A program made the translations under genes and the position numbers. DNA of 64,000 bases from Acidobacteriaceae bacterium (GTDB lineage: Bacteria > Acidobacteriota > Terriglobia > Terriglobales > Acidobacteriaceae): contig DATJQW010000001.1 of the NCBI GenBank assembly GCA_035505395.1, positions 644 to 64,643 of the forward strand, given 5' to 3'. Below the pieces are notes generated by a model. That model searched no databases. It was not told the origin of the DNA and saw only the letters and a list, made by a program, of their open reading frames with translations. Shown here piece after piece: positions 10,039 through 19,866 of the stretch (position 1 is its first letter; the number at the start of each line of letters is the position of its first letter).

Positions 10039-10695
10039 ATGGCCATGGAAAGGTTTGTCCTGATGAATGCAGGACCGTCACAGCCGAGGCCCGCCAACCA
10101 GCACCTCCGCCGCAACCCTCCCATCGCCGGCGAGCAGGAGGCGATCGACAAAGCCCGTGAGGGCGACGCTCGCGCCTTTGAGACCCTCTACGCCATGCAC
10201 AAGCGCCGCGTCTACTCGCTTTGCCTGCGCATGCTTGGCAATGTCGCCGAGGCCGAGGATCTTACCCAGGAAGCCTTCCTTCAGCTCTATCGCAAAATCG
10301 GCACCTTCAGGGGCGATTCCGCTTTCTCCACCTGGCTCCATCGGTTGGCGGTCAACGTGGTGCTCATGCATCTGCGCCGCAAAGGGCTGCCCCAGGTCTC
10401 GCTCGAAGAGACACTCGAGCCCGCTCAGGACGACGGGCCGCGCAAGGATATCGGCGCCCGCGACCTGACTCTCTCCGGCTCCATCGATCGTGTCACCCTC
10501 GAACGCGCCATTGAAAATCTGCCTCCCGGTTACCGCCTCGTTTTTGTGCTGCACGATGTCGAAGGGTACGAGCATAATGAAATAGCAGAGATGCTCGATT
10601 GCTCCATTGGCAACAGCAAGTCTCAACTGCACAAAGCCCGGATGAAACTCCGCGATCTTCTCAGAACCGGGCAACGGAAGGAGCAGATCGCGTGA
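10039..10695 (+). CDS. ECF-type RNA polymerase sigma factor
   Basis: Region 2 ([43 protein letters not shown]) and region 4 ([41 protein letters not shown]). Start chosen at the Met at 10039. Confidence 0.85.
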   Translation: MAMERFVLMNAGPSQPRPANQHLRRNPPIAGEQEAIDKAREGDARAFETLYAMHKRRVYSLCLRMLGNVAEAEDLTQEAFLQLYRKIGTFRGDSAFSTWLHRLAVNVVLMHLRRKGLPQVSLEETLEPAQDDGPRKDIGARDLTLSGSIDRVTLERAIENLPPGYRLVFVLHDVEGYEHNEIAEMLDCSIGNSKSQLHKARMKLRDLLRTGQRKEQIA

Positions 10696-10697
10696 CG

Positions 10698-10973
10698 ATG
10701 TTGCGCGCCATGGACCGAACCATGACCTGTGCCGAATTTCAGGAAACACTGCCCGAACTCTTCGAGGCACACGCCGACTTCTCGTCGAACGAGCATCTGA
10801 AGAGCTGCGAGAACTGCGCCGCGCTCGTCCGCGACCTCGAGTACATCGCCGCCCAGGCCCGGCTCCTGCTGCCCATCCAGGATCCCAGTCCCGCCGTCTG
10901 GGAGCACATCCAGAAGGCCATACGCCAGGATCGCAACTCCGGCGCTTCCTCCGCCCCTGCGGGCAGAAAATAA
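10698..10973 (+). CDS. zf-HC2 anti-sigma factor (short, no TM segment)
   Basis: CAEFQETLPELFEAH...HLKSCENC (H-x3-C-x2-C). Starts 3 nt after the sigma stop; an alternative GTG at 10692 overlaps that stop. Confidence 0.7.
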   Translation: MLRAMDRTMTCAEFQETLPELFEAHADFSSNEHLKSCENCAALVRDLEYIAAQARLLLPIQDPSPAVWEHIQKAIRQDRNSGASSAPAGRK

Positions 10974-11012
10974 CGCCGTTTCTCTCCGTCGCGCTTCATA
11001 TAATCAGAACGC

Positions 11013-11612
11013 ATGAGCGGCCCGCGGACCACGCCGGCAATACCCGGACTATCCCGTATCGTGCTTACCGGCTTCATGGGCGCCGGTAAGACCACCGTCG
11101 GCGCGCTCCTTGCTGGCCGCCTCGGCTGGCAGTTTGTCGATACCGACCGCATCGTCGAGGCCCGCGCCGGCCTCACCGTCGCCACCGTTTTCTCCCAGTA
11201 CGGGGAACCCTCTTTCCGCGAAATGGAAGCATCTGCCATCCGCGACACGGCCACCGGCGACCGGCTGGTCCTCGCCCTCGGTGGCGGCGCACTGGAGGTC
11301 CCCTCAACCCGTGAATTCCTCCAGTCCCTTCCCGCCTGCCGCATCGTCTTTCTTGAAGCGCCTCTCGACACCCTGCTCGCCCGCTGCGCCGCGCATGCCG
11401 CCGGACCCGTTCGCCCTGTCCTTCAGGACCGCGGCCGCCTCGCCGAACGCTGGCAAGCGCGCCTGCCGCTTTACCGCCAGGCTCATCTCACCGTCCCCAC
11501 CGCCGGTCTGACCCCTGAGGCGGTCGCCGAACAGATTCTCGCCGCTCTGTCCGGCACGGCGGGCGACTCATCTGACTGTTCATCGGCCCACGCCTCCGGA
11601 GCACGAGCATGA
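11013..11612 (+). CDS. aroK: shikimate kinase
   Basis: Walker A GFMGAGKTTVG followed by FVDTD and GEPSFRE. Confidence 0.9.
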   Translation: MSGPRTTPAIPGLSRIVLTGFMGAGKTTVGALLAGRLGWQFVDTDRIVEARAGLTVATVFSQYGEPSFREMEASAIRDTATGDRLVLALGGGALEVPSTREFLQSLPACRIVFLEAPLDTLLARCAAHAAGPVRPVLQDRGRLAERWQARLPLYRQAHLTVPTAGLTPEAVAEQILAALSGTAGDSSDCSSAHASGARA

Positions 11613-12676
11613 GCAAGCCGATCGGCCCGCGCGGCATCGTCCTCTACGCCTTCGGCGTCGCCATTGCCCTTTATCTGGCCTGGGTCCTGCGCGATGTTCT
11701 CGTGGTCATCTATGTCAGCGCCCTCTTCGCCGTCGTCCTCATGCCGGTGGTTCGCGCCATCATGAGGCTCCACATCCGCACCTGGCACCCGGGCCGCGGA
11801 ATGGCCATCTTCATCCTCACCGTCCTCACGCTCGGCAGCCTCACCGTCTTCTTTCTCTTCGGTCTCGCCCCCGCATTCAGGGATCTCCGCGAGTTCATCC
11901 GCGAGCTGCCGCGCCGCGGCCCTGAATTTTTCGCCCACCTGCAGACGGTCCCCGTCATCCGCAACATCAACCTCGACGCACTCCAGGAAAAGATCCAGGA
12001 CATAGTCGGCAACCTCGCCACCTATGTCGTCCGGTTCGCCAGCGACTGGGCGGGCACGGTCGTCCGTATCGTCGCCGGCATCGTCCTTACCATTTACTTC
12101 ATCATCGAGGGCGATGAGGCCTACGCCTGGTTCCTCTCTCTGTTCCCCGTCGAGCGCCGCCTTCGCCTCGATCAGACTCTCTCCCGCGCCTCTGCCCGCA
12201 TGGGCCGCTGGCTCCTCGGCCAGGCCACGCTCATGCTCATCCTCGGCGTCTGCAGCATCATCGCCTTCGCGCTCCTGCATATCCGTTATGCGTACGCACT
12301 CGGCATCATCATGGGCCTCTTCAACATCGTTCCGGTTATCGGCGCCGTCATTTCCGTCACCCTGGTCGTCATCGTCGCGGCCCTCGACTCCTGGACGCGC
12401 GTCGTCGGCGTTCTCGTCTTCTACTTCGTCTATCTCCAGATCGAGAACAGCTACCTCACCCCGCGCATCATGAAAGCCCAGGTCAACCTCGCCGGGCTCA
12501 CCATCCTTGTCGCGCTCCTCATCGGCTCTTCTCTTGCCGGCATCATCGGCGCCACCGTCGCCGTCCCCACCGCCGTCCTGGTCGCCGTGCTCATCAATGA
12601 GTACGCCGTCTACGAGGAGTCCATCATTGAGCCGCCCAGACCGGTCGACACCAACCCTCCCATCTCCCTCCCTTAG
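11609..12676 (+). CDS. AI-2E family transporter (PerM/UPF0118)
   Basis: 355 aa, about 8 hydrophobic helices, characteristic ...YLQIENSYLTPRIM... region. The ATG overlaps the aroK stop (ATGA). Confidence 0.85.
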   Translation: MSKPIGPRGIVLYAFGVAIALYLAWVLRDVLVVIYVSALFAVVLMPVVRAIMRLHIRTWHPGRGMAIFILTVLTLGSLTVFFLFGLAPAFRDLREFIRELPRRGPEFFAHLQTVPVIRNINLDALQEKIQDIVGNLATYVVRFASDWAGTVVRIVAGIVLTIYFIIEGDEAYAWFLSLFPVERRLRLDQTLSRASARMGRWLLGQATLMLILGVCSIIAFALLHIRYAYALGIIMGLFNIVPVIGAVISVTLVVIVAALDSWTRVVGVLVFYFVYLQIENSYLTPRIMKAQVNLAGLTILVALLIGSSLAGIIGATVAVPTAVLVAVLINEYAVYEESIIEPPRPVDTNPPISLP

Positions 12677-12817
12677 AATTTTCCCGACACCCGCCCGCTC
12701 GTCATCGCATCTCCCCAGCAGGTATCATGATGGGTTGAGCCGTCCCGCTCTTTCCCCGGATTCCGCCTGCATGATTCCGTCCTTCATTCCACGCGCCGGT
12801 CGCCACCCAGGATTCTT

Positions 12818-13843
12818 ATGCCCGTAAATCCAGCAGCCCCCGGCATGGAATCGACCCTCGCCGCTCTCGAGCCCACTGCTCCCGCCGACGCACTCGGCTG
12901 GAGCCAGCCGCCGCACATCCATCACCTCCACGCTCCGCGCGCTGGCGAGACCGCATCCCTTCTGGTCGACTACCGCGAGCTCTTCAAGCTCCGCGTCACC
13001 CTGATGGTCACGCTTACCGCCTGGGCGGGCTTCTATCTCGGATCCATGCGCTCGGGCATCAGCAGCGTGCAGCCCGGCCTGGTCGAGGCCCTCCTCGGCA
13101 TCGCCGTGGTCTCCGCCGGATCCGCCGCCCTCAACCAGGTCATCGAGCGCCGGCTCGACGCAAAGATGCACCGCACCGCCGACCGCCCCATGGCCGCCGG
13201 ACGCATCGGTCTCGCCCACGGCATCGCCATCGGTCTGTTCGCCATCGTCGCCGGAACGCTCTGGCTCACGCGCGAGACCAACCTCGTCACCGGTGGACTA
13301 ACCCTCCTCACCGCCTTCCTCTACGTCGCCGTCTACACCCCACTCAAGCGCTTCACCACGCTTGCCACATTCATCGGCGCGTTTCCCGGCGCTATGCCGC
13401 CGCTCCTTGGCTGGACCGCCGCCCGCGGGGTCATCGAATGGCAGGGTGTGGCGCTCTTCGCCATCCTCTTCGCCTGGCAATTTCCGCACTTCATGTCCAT
13501 CGCGTGGCTCTACCGCGACGACTACGCCCGCGCCGGCATCCGCATGCTTCCGGTCATCCAGCCGGATGGCTGGTCCACCGCGCTCGAGGCGCTCACCTAC
13601 GCTGTGCTCATCATCCCCGTCAGCCTGCTCCCGTACTGGCTGCACATGGACGGCAAGCTCTACGCCGTCGCCGCCCTCGCGCTCGGCCTCGTCTACCTCG
13701 CTTACACCATCCGTTTCGCTCGCATCGTGCGCGCCCGCAGCAACGCCGAGTCCCGCATGTTCGCCCGCGATCTGCTCAAGGTCAGCGTGATCTATCTGCC
13801 TCTGCTGCTCACCGCCCTGATGCTCAATGCTGTGGGAAAGTAG
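12818..13843 (+). CDS. cyoE: protoheme IX farnesyltransferase (heme O synthase)
   Basis: UbiA-type prenyltransferase pattern: NQVIERRLDAKMHRTADRP and YTPLKRFTTLATFIGAFPGAMPPLLGW. Confidence 0.9.
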   Translation: MPVNPAAPGMESTLAALEPTAPADALGWSQPPHIHHLHAPRAGETASLLVDYRELFKLRVTLMVTLTAWAGFYLGSMRSGISSVQPGLVEALLGIAVVSAGSAALNQVIERRLDAKMHRTADRPMAAGRIGLAHGIAIGLFAIVAGTLWLTRETNLVTGGLTLLTAFLYVAVYTPLKRFTTLATFIGAFPGAMPPLLGWTAARGVIEWQGVALFAILFAWQFPHFMSIAWLYRDDYARAGIRMLPVIQPDGWSTALEALTYAVLIIPVSLLPYWLHMDGKLYAVAALALGLVYLAYTIRFARIVRARSNAESRMFARDLLKVSVIYLPLLLTALMLNAVGK

Positions 13844-13851
13844 ACACAGCC

Positions 13852-14403
13852 ATGACCACCGCCACAACCCCCAAACGCTCCGCCTCGGCGCCCATCGCCG
13901 TCATCATCGCCATCAGCGCCGTTGCCACGCTCTTTCTTTTCTGGCTCATCTACGTCCACCCGGCCTCCGATGCTGCGGGCCGCCACTATACCTTCCTGCC
14001 CGATCTCATCGCGCTGCTCAATGGACTCGCCGCCATCGCCCTCCTCGCCGGCTACTATTTCGTTCGCCACCACCGCATCGCCGCACATCGCGCCAGCATG
14101 TTCACCGCCTTTGCCTTCAGCTCCCTTTTCCTGATCTGCTACATCGCCAACCATGCTCTCCACGGCGATACCCTCTACCCCGTGCACAGCCGCGTCTACT
14201 ACGACGCCTACCTGCCCATCCTCATCAGCCACATTGTGCTGGCCACCCTGGCCCTGCCCATCGTCCTGATCACCTTTTACCTCTCGCTCTCAGGACGCAT
14301 TCGCATGCACCGCAAGGTCGCGCGCGTCACTTTTCCCCTGTGGCTCTACGTCTCCATCACCGGCGTGGTCGTGCGCGTGATGCTGGTGGCCGCGTTCCAC
14401 TAG
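13852..14403 (+). CDS. DUF420-family membrane protein (cytochrome-oxidase-associated)
   Basis: ATG at 13852 inside track ORF 13438-14403. Four TM helices and the HRKVARVTFPLWLYVSITGVV tail typical of DUF420. Directly downstream of heme O synthase. Confidence 0.75.
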   Translation: MTTATTPKRSASAPIAVIIAISAVATLFLFWLIYVHPASDAAGRHYTFLPDLIALLNGLAAIALLAGYYFVRHHRIAAHRASMFTAFAFSSLFLICYIANHALHGDTLYPVHSRVYYDAYLPILISHIVLATLALPIVLITFYLSLSGRIRMHRKVARVTFPLWLYVSITGVVVRVMLVAAFH

Positions 14404-14407
14404 TTCT

Positions 14408-14704
14408 ATGGCAAAATCCTCCCCACCCGCTGCGGTCATGGAATCTCGACTCAGGACACAGAACGACGACGGAACCCGCGCTCTTCTGCGCACCGGCGCC
14501 GGCACCCTCATTGCCGGCATCCTCGCCGCCATTCTCACGATCACCGTCTTCGGCGGCATCGGCATCCACGGACCGCACACCAACGGCGGATGGCTCTCCC
14601 TCATGGTGGCCATGATGTGCCTGCCCTTCGGCCTGATGCTCTTCGCCCTCGGCTTTGCCAAGTGGCTGCGCAACCGCCGCCTCCGGCGCCAGTCGCTGCA
14701 ATAG
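14408..14704 (+). CDS. small membrane protein, hypothetical
   Basis: 98 aa with two hydrophobic helices and a basic tail. Same strand, 4 nt after the DUF420 gene. Confidence 0.5.
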   Translation: MAKSSPPAAVMESRLRTQNDDGTRALLRTGAGTLIAGILAAILTITVFGGIGIHGPHTNGGWLSLMVAMMCLPFGLMLFALGFAKWLRNRRLRRQSLQ

Positions 14705-14737
14705 GCACAGCCACGCAGCCGGGTCCTCGTCACTCCG

Positions 14738-15160
14738 CTATTTCTGATTCAGGTACAGCCCGTTCCCATCCGGATCCTCGAACGGCTGCATCCGCGCCGG
14801 AAACTGGGCGGCCCGCACGATCCCGCGCAGCCCCGACAGGGTAAGCGGTGGCTCTGCCCCGCGAACTGTCACACCCGAACGCTCGCGCGTCTCGATCAGT
14901 CCCCGGGCCAGCAACTCTTCGTAGGCCGCTACCACAACGCCTCGGCTCAGGTTCAGCATCCTGGCCAGCGCCCGTGTCGACGGGAGCTTCGAACCCCGCG
15001 CCAGCTTCCCGCTGCGGATTGCCGCCGCCAGCTGTCTCTCCACTTGCCTTTGCAGTGGCACCTTCCCCGCGCGGTCGAGTACGATATCCGGCACGGCGAA
15101 GCTCCGGCCGCTCGTCACTGGTACAGCCCTCTGGACCTGTTCATCGCCCGCGATCTCCAT
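14738..15160 (-). CDS. GntR/MocR-type winged-HTH protein, HTH domain only
   Basis: PLQRQVERQLAAAIRSGKLARGSKLPSTRALARMLNLSRGVVVAAYEELLARGLIE matches MocR/GntR N-domains, but no aminotransferase domain follows. The tail FEDPDGNGLYLNQK looks like a glyoxalase (VOC) C-terminus. Confidence 0.6.
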   Translation of the reverse strand: MEIAGDEQVQRAVPVTSGRSFAVPDIVLDRAGKVPLQRQVERQLAAAIRSGKLARGSKLPSTRALARMLNLSRGVVVAAYEELLARGLIETRERSGVTVRGAEPPLTLSGLRGIVRAAQFPARMQPFEDPDGNGLYLNQK

Positions 15161-15187
15161 CACTCTGTTGTGCAGGAGGATTCTCCC

Positions 15188-15592
15188 ATGGTTTCAGGCG
15201 GAAATGCCACAGTCTTCGTGACCAACATGGATGCATCGATCCGTTTCTATGTGGAGGTGCTTGGACTCAAACTCACCAACCGCTTCGGCGATGCCTGGGC
15301 GACCCTGAAGGCCGGCGATACGCTCACCATCGGCCTGCACCCGGTTTCTCCCAGCTACTCTGCGCCCGGCACAAAGGGCTCCATCGTCCTCGGCCTCGAG
15401 ATCGACACCTCGATCGAAACCGCCGTCTCCCGGTTGCTCCAGCAGGGCGTCGCTGTCAGGGGCACCATCACCAGGAGCGAGCCCGGCAACTTCGCCACGC
15501 TCGAAGACCCCGATGGCAACGAAATCTATCTCTGGGAGGTCAACCAGGGCGTCGTTCCGCAACCGGAACATGCCCACGCCGCTGCCGGTTAA
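15188..15592 (+). CDS. VOC (glyoxalase/bleomycin-resistance) family protein
   Basis: FVTNMDASIRFYVEVLGLK ... LEDPDGNEIYLWE. AGGAGG Shine-Dalgarno 9 nt upstream of the ATG at 15188. Confidence 0.8.
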   Translation: MVSGGNATVFVTNMDASIRFYVEVLGLKLTNRFGDAWATLKAGDTLTIGLHPVSPSYSAPGTKGSIVLGLEIDTSIETAVSRLLQQGVAVRGTITRSEPGNFATLEDPDGNEIYLWEVNQGVVPQPEHAHAAAG

Positions 15593-16527
15593 TCGCCCGC
15601 GGCCTTCTTCAGCACACCGACCGTCCGCAGCCATCGCTCAGCCAGTCGCGGCCATCCCGTAATCGGCAGCTCAGTCGGTCGCAGACCGTACCCGTGCCCG
15701 CCCTGCGCATAAACGTGCAGCTCCGCGGGCACGCCCGCCTTCTTCAGCGCCATAAAGTACTCGATGACATTCTCCACGTGCACCGGATCGTCCTCCGCCT
15801 GCACCAGGAACGTCGGTGGAACCGCTGCCGTCACTGGAATCGCCGGATTAAACTCGAAATCCTTCTCTGCAATCGACAAATACCCCGGGTAAATCACCAG
15901 CGCGAAGTCCGGCTTGCAACTCAGCGCATCCGCCCCGTCCACCGCCGGATACAGCCTCTGCTCAAAATGTGTGCTCAGCGCCGCCGCCAGATATCCTCCC
16001 GCTGAGAATCCCAGCACGCCAATCCGGTTTGGATCGATGCCCCACACCGCGGCATGCTCGCGCACCATCCCCATCGCCCGCTGCGCATCCTCAAGCGCCT
16101 CCGCCGACTTCGGATACGGCCCGGTCTGCGGCACACGATACTTCAGCAGCACGCAGCTCACGCCGATCCGGTTGAGCCACGCGCACACCTCCGTGCCCTC
16201 CAGGTCGATCGCCAGATACCGATATCCTCCGCCCGGAAACACCACGACCGCTGCGCCGCTGCGGTGCTGCGCGGCCGCCGCGTAGAGGGTGATGGTCGGA
16301 TCTGTCACGTTGCCGATCCGCATCACCGGCCGTCCCGCTACCAGTTTGTCGCTCGATGTCGTGAAGTTTCGCTCCGGCCCGTTCGCTGTCACCGGACCCG
16401 GTGCGCCGTGTGGCCACAGCGCCAGCGTCGGATGCCCGGGTGCCGGGCGCCAACCCTGTTCGGCCCATGTCGGAGCGGACGCAGCTGCGCCCACCAGAAT
16501 AATCAGCGCGCAAAGAATCGTCTTCAT
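15589..16527 (-). CDS. secreted alpha/beta hydrolase (esterase type)
   Basis: Signal peptide MKTILCALIILVGAAASAPTWA, FPGGGY oxyanion region, nucleophile elbow GFSAGG. The Arg-rich 85-aa extension of the track ORF is discarded; GGGAGAG Shine-Dalgarno lies before the Met at 16527. Confidence 0.8.
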   Translation of the reverse strand: MKTILCALIILVGAAASAPTWAEQGWRPAPGHPTLALWPHGAPGPVTANGPERNFTTSSDKLVAGRPVMRIGNVTDPTITLYAAAAQHRSGAAVVVFPGGGYRYLAIDLEGTEVCAWLNRIGVSCVLLKYRVPQTGPYPKSAEALEDAQRAMGMVREHAAVWGIDPNRIGVLGFSAGGYLAAALSTHFEQRLYPAVDGADALSCKPDFALVIYPGYLSIAEKDFEFNPAIPVTAAVPPTFLVQAEDDPVHVENVIEYFMALKKAGVPAELHVYAQGGHGYGLRPTELPITGWPRLAERWLRTVGVLKKAAGD

Positions 16528-16576
16528 GCCGGAATCTCTCCCGGCTATCTTAGTGCAGCGCTGGCGCCGGTTTTTG

Positions 16577-17944
16577 CTATTGCGTCGACGACACAAACTG
16601 CTGTGGCTGCGGCGGCGAACTCGGACTCGAATTCGCCTGCGCCGGCTTGCTCGTGCTCGCGCTTCCGTTAGTCGTGCTTCCAGCGCTGGGTGTCCCCGCC
16701 CCCTGCGTCTGGCTCGCTGAGGATCCCTGCTGCGCCGTGTTCTGCCCGCTCGCCGAGCTGGAGCTGCTCGGCGGCCCCGCATTGGCCGTACCCGCTTTCT
16801 GCGTTCCGCTTCCCGCCGTGCCCGAAGTTGTCGTGCTCGGCGGCGTGTAACCCGGGTCGCCCGGCTTCCGCAGGTCGGGAGGCCAGTTCACCGGCCCTTC
16901 CGTCTGATTCGTATCTTTCGGCAGCTTCTCGCCTGGAGTGCGCAGGCTGGGCGCAGGCCCCGTCACGTTCTCATTCGCGATGTCCTGGGCCGTCCGGTCG
17001 CCTTCCTCCACCGGATGTTGATTCGCCGCCACGATGGGAGTATTCCCCCAGTAGTCACCCATCTGGTTCGCCGCCTGCACCTGGATCGGCTCGCCAACCC
17101 GGGCAATCTCCACCCGCACCACGAAATCGCCGCTGAACCGCACGAACTCCACCGGATCCGGCGTCTTCCCGTACATCCAGATCACCGCCGGCTTTCCGTT
17201 TTCCTGCTCTCGAATCTTCTGGATCGGCTCCCCCTTTGCATACAGCACCATGTCCTGGTTCATCCCCACCAGCACCCGGTGCTCCAGGATCGCCTGACGC
17301 AGGAAGTCCGGCAGCGATTCCGCGAAGGCCTCCGCCTGCGACTTCACCCCAAAATCGATGATCGGCTTCAGCAGTTCTTCCACCTGCTCGCCGGTCAGGT
17401 CCGGCAGCTTCGATGGAAAGACCAGCGTGATCCGCGACCCCGTCGGCGGCGGATCATCCTCCACCACCGGATTGTCGGCATAGGGATCCATTCCGATTGA
17501 AATGTGCCGCAGGTATTTGTGCTTGTGCTCCGGCCCGTTGTTCAGGTCGATCACGATCCGATTGTCCTGGACCTTGATGTTCGTCACCACCACCCGGTCT
17601 CCAGGCTTGGCCGCAACCCCTTTGTTATGCAGCAGATCGATGTACTTTCCCCCTTCGGGGTCCATCTGTCCGTTGGCGCGCAGCACCAGGTTCGCGATCG
17701 GCAGCGGCCGCACCGCAAACCCCTGCTCCGACTCGATATACCGAACCAGACGCTCGCGGCCGACCGTCGTCATCGGTTCGCTCGAGAGTTTCACGTCGGT
17801 AGGCGCAATGTTTGCGTAGTGCTGATCGATGTGCGACGGCTCGACCACAAACACCTGCGCTCGCGCCGGACTCGCCGCTGCAAACGCCAAAACGCAGACC
17901 GCCGCGGGAATCAGGCGGCGAACCGATGTCTTCAGGCTTTTCAT
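16577..17944 (-). CDS. exported hypothetical protein with Pro/Ser/Thr/Gly-rich C-terminal tail
   Basis: Signal peptide ...AASPARAQ, a structured ~330-aa domain, then a ~110-aa low-complexity tail (PPSTTTSGTAGSGTQKAGTANAGPPSSSSSASG...). GAGGGGG Shine-Dalgarno. Confidence 0.65.
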   Translation of the reverse strand: MKSLKTSVRRLIPAAVCVLAFAAASPARAQVFVVEPSHIDQHYANIAPTDVKLSSEPMTTVGRERLVRYIESEQGFAVRPLPIANLVLRANGQMDPEGGKYIDLLHNKGVAAKPGDRVVVTNIKVQDNRIVIDLNNGPEHKHKYLRHISIGMDPYADNPVVEDDPPPTGSRITLVFPSKLPDLTGEQVEELLKPIIDFGVKSQAEAFAESLPDFLRQAILEHRVLVGMNQDMVLYAKGEPIQKIREQENGKPAVIWMYGKTPDPVEFVRFSGDFVVRVEIARVGEPIQVQAANQMGDYWGNTPIVAANQHPVEEGDRTAQDIANENVTGPAPSLRTPGEKLPKDTNQTEGPVNWPPDLRKPGDPGYTPPSTTTSGTAGSGTQKAGTANAGPPSSSSSASGQNTAQQGSSASQTQGAGTPSAGSTTNGSASTSKPAQANSSPSSPPQPQQFVSSTQ

Positions 17945-18232
17945 AAGGCCCCCTCAAGGGTGGAGGCTGTCAGCAAACAGGATGGGCCGGATTTGCGGAA
18001 ATTTCAAGCATGTTCGCGGCTCTCGCCCAGCGGAGCCACGGGCGGGCAGGGGCGGCACACCCCCTTTAGAAGAATAAATATCCCTTTGCGTTGCCGCGGC
18101 ACCCGCAGTGGAACGACACCGGTCGCCTCTCCGCTGGAGCTTCAGACGCGAAGCGCGCCCCGCAGGATGGGGATTGCGGGCTGAGCGCTAAACGCCGGAA
18201 TCCTCCATCTGCTCTTCCCGGATCGCCGTTCG

Positions 18233-19777
18233 TTATTTGCCGCCCGTTCGCTGGCGCGCCGCCTTCTTCGCCGCCGGCCTGGGCTTCCGCCTCGTTGTCG
18301 CCGCGCTTTCCGCCAGCCGGTCGCCCAGCACGTGCAGCCGCAGAAAGTTCGTCGATCCGGTCCGCGTCTGCGTGCCCGCTACGATGCCCAGGATCTCCTT
18401 TGGCTTCACGAAACCGCCTTCTTCCAGCGACGCTTCTGCCTGTTCCACCATCTGGTCGGTTGTAACCAGCTTCGGGCACTTGATCGGATGCACACCCCAC
18501 AACATCGCCATGCGATGGATCACCGCCTCCACGCTCGACAGCGCGAAGATCGGCGGCTTCGGCCGGTACTTCGAGAGCTGCCGCGCTGTCGTTCCCGTCT
18601 CGGTGAACACCGCGATCGCGCTCACGTCCAGGTCTTCCGCGGCATGCGCCGCCGACTCGCAGATCGTCTCCGCAATCGACAGCCGCGCATGCTTCGGACG
18701 CGAATCCCACGCGCGTGTCTCGCGCAGCTGGTTCTCGGTCTCGCTCACGATCTTTGCCATCATCTTCACGGCTTCCACCGGATACTTCCCGGCCGCCGTC
18801 TCCGCCGACAGCATCACCGCATCCGTTCCGTCATAAATCGCGTTGGCCACGTCGCTGGCTTCCGCGCGGGTCGGCCGCGGATTCTCGATCATCGATTCCA
18901 GCATCTGCGTTGCCGTAATCACCGGCTTGCGATACTCCGCCGCGCACTTGATCACATACTTCTGGATCGCCGGCACCTTCTCCGGGGGCATCTCCACGCC
19001 CAGGTCGCCGCGCGCCACCATCACCCCGTCGGCGTTTTCCAGAATCGCCTCAAGATTCTCAATGGCCTGCGGCTTTTCCAGCTTCGCGATGATCCACGTC
19101 TCCAGCCCCAGCGCCGCCACCCGGAACTTGACGTGCCGCACGTCCTCCGCCGTCCGCACAAATGACACCGCGACGGCGTCCAGCCCGTGCTTCATCCCGA
19201 ATTCCAGGTCTTCCTCGTCTTTTTCCGTCAGCGAGGGCACCCGCACCGGAATTCCCGGCAGGTTGATCCCTTTGTGCTCACCCAGCAGCCCGCCGTTAAT
19301 CACCTCGCATTCCACGTCCTCGCCGGGGATATCCATTACCCGCAGCTCGATCAGGCCGTCCGACAGCAGAATCCGCGCGCCCGGCTCAAGGTTTTCCGCC
19401 AGCGTCGGAAACGTCGTCCCGATCGTGGTCGACGTGCCCTGGATGTCTCTGGGCGTGATGATCAGCCGCTGTCCGGCCTTCAACTGGACCGGAATCCGGT
19501 TCTTGAGCCGCCCCGTCCGGATCTTCGGCCCCTGCAGATCGCCGAGGATGCAGACGGTTTTGGCCTCTTCGCGAGAAATCTTTCGCACCATCTCGATCAG
19601 CTTCAGCTTTTCCGGATGCGTTCCATGCGAAAAGTTCAGGCGCGCGACGTCCAGCCCTGCCCGCAGCAGCTCGCGAAACACCGATTCCTGCGACGATGCC
19701 GGGCCCAGCGTGCCCACGATCTTGGCGCGGCGCGGGTTTTCCCCCATGAGGCCGGGCCTTGACGATGAGAGATTCAT
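18233..19777 (-). CDS. pyk: pyruvate kinase
   Basis: RRAKIVGTLGPAS, NFSHG, MVARGDLGVE and the rest of the PK pattern throughout. Short basic C-terminal tail. Confidence 0.95.
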   Translation of the reverse strand: MNLSSSRPGLMGENPRRAKIVGTLGPASSQESVFRELLRAGLDVARLNFSHGTHPEKLKLIEMVRKISREEAKTVCILGDLQGPKIRTGRLKNRIPVQLKAGQRLIITPRDIQGTSTTIGTTFPTLAENLEPGARILLSDGLIELRVMDIPGEDVECEVINGGLLGEHKGINLPGIPVRVPSLTEKDEEDLEFGMKHGLDAVAVSFVRTAEDVRHVKFRVAALGLETWIIAKLEKPQAIENLEAILENADGVMVARGDLGVEMPPEKVPAIQKYVIKCAAEYRKPVITATQMLESMIENPRPTRAEASDVANAIYDGTDAVMLSAETAAGKYPVEAVKMMAKIVSETENQLRETRAWDSRPKHARLSIAETICESAAHAAEDLDVSAIAVFTETGTTARQLSKYRPKPPIFALSSVEAVIHRMAMLWGVHPIKCPKLVTTDQMVEQAEASLEEGGFVKPKEILGIVAGTQTRTGSTNFLRLHVLGDRLAESAATTRRKPRPAAKKAARQRTGGK

Positions 19778-19866
19778 CCAACCCCCAGATATTGAACGAT
19801 TGATCGAGATTGCCTTGCGGCGTGGGAAGTGGTTCTACCTCATTTTAGCGTGCGCCGCCGCCCGTC

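Noticed and set aside
15589-16782. Long Arg-rich N-terminal extension of the alpha/beta hydrolase ORF. Similar extensions occur on the ORFs at 4803-5678, 20861-21661, 21469-22719, 23572-25356, 30949-31767 and 54415-55773.
   Set aside because: The extensions are low-complexity (poly-Arg/Pro). They precede an internal Met that has a proper Shine-Dalgarno and a canonical N-terminus or signal peptide. Some would also overlap neighbouring genes.
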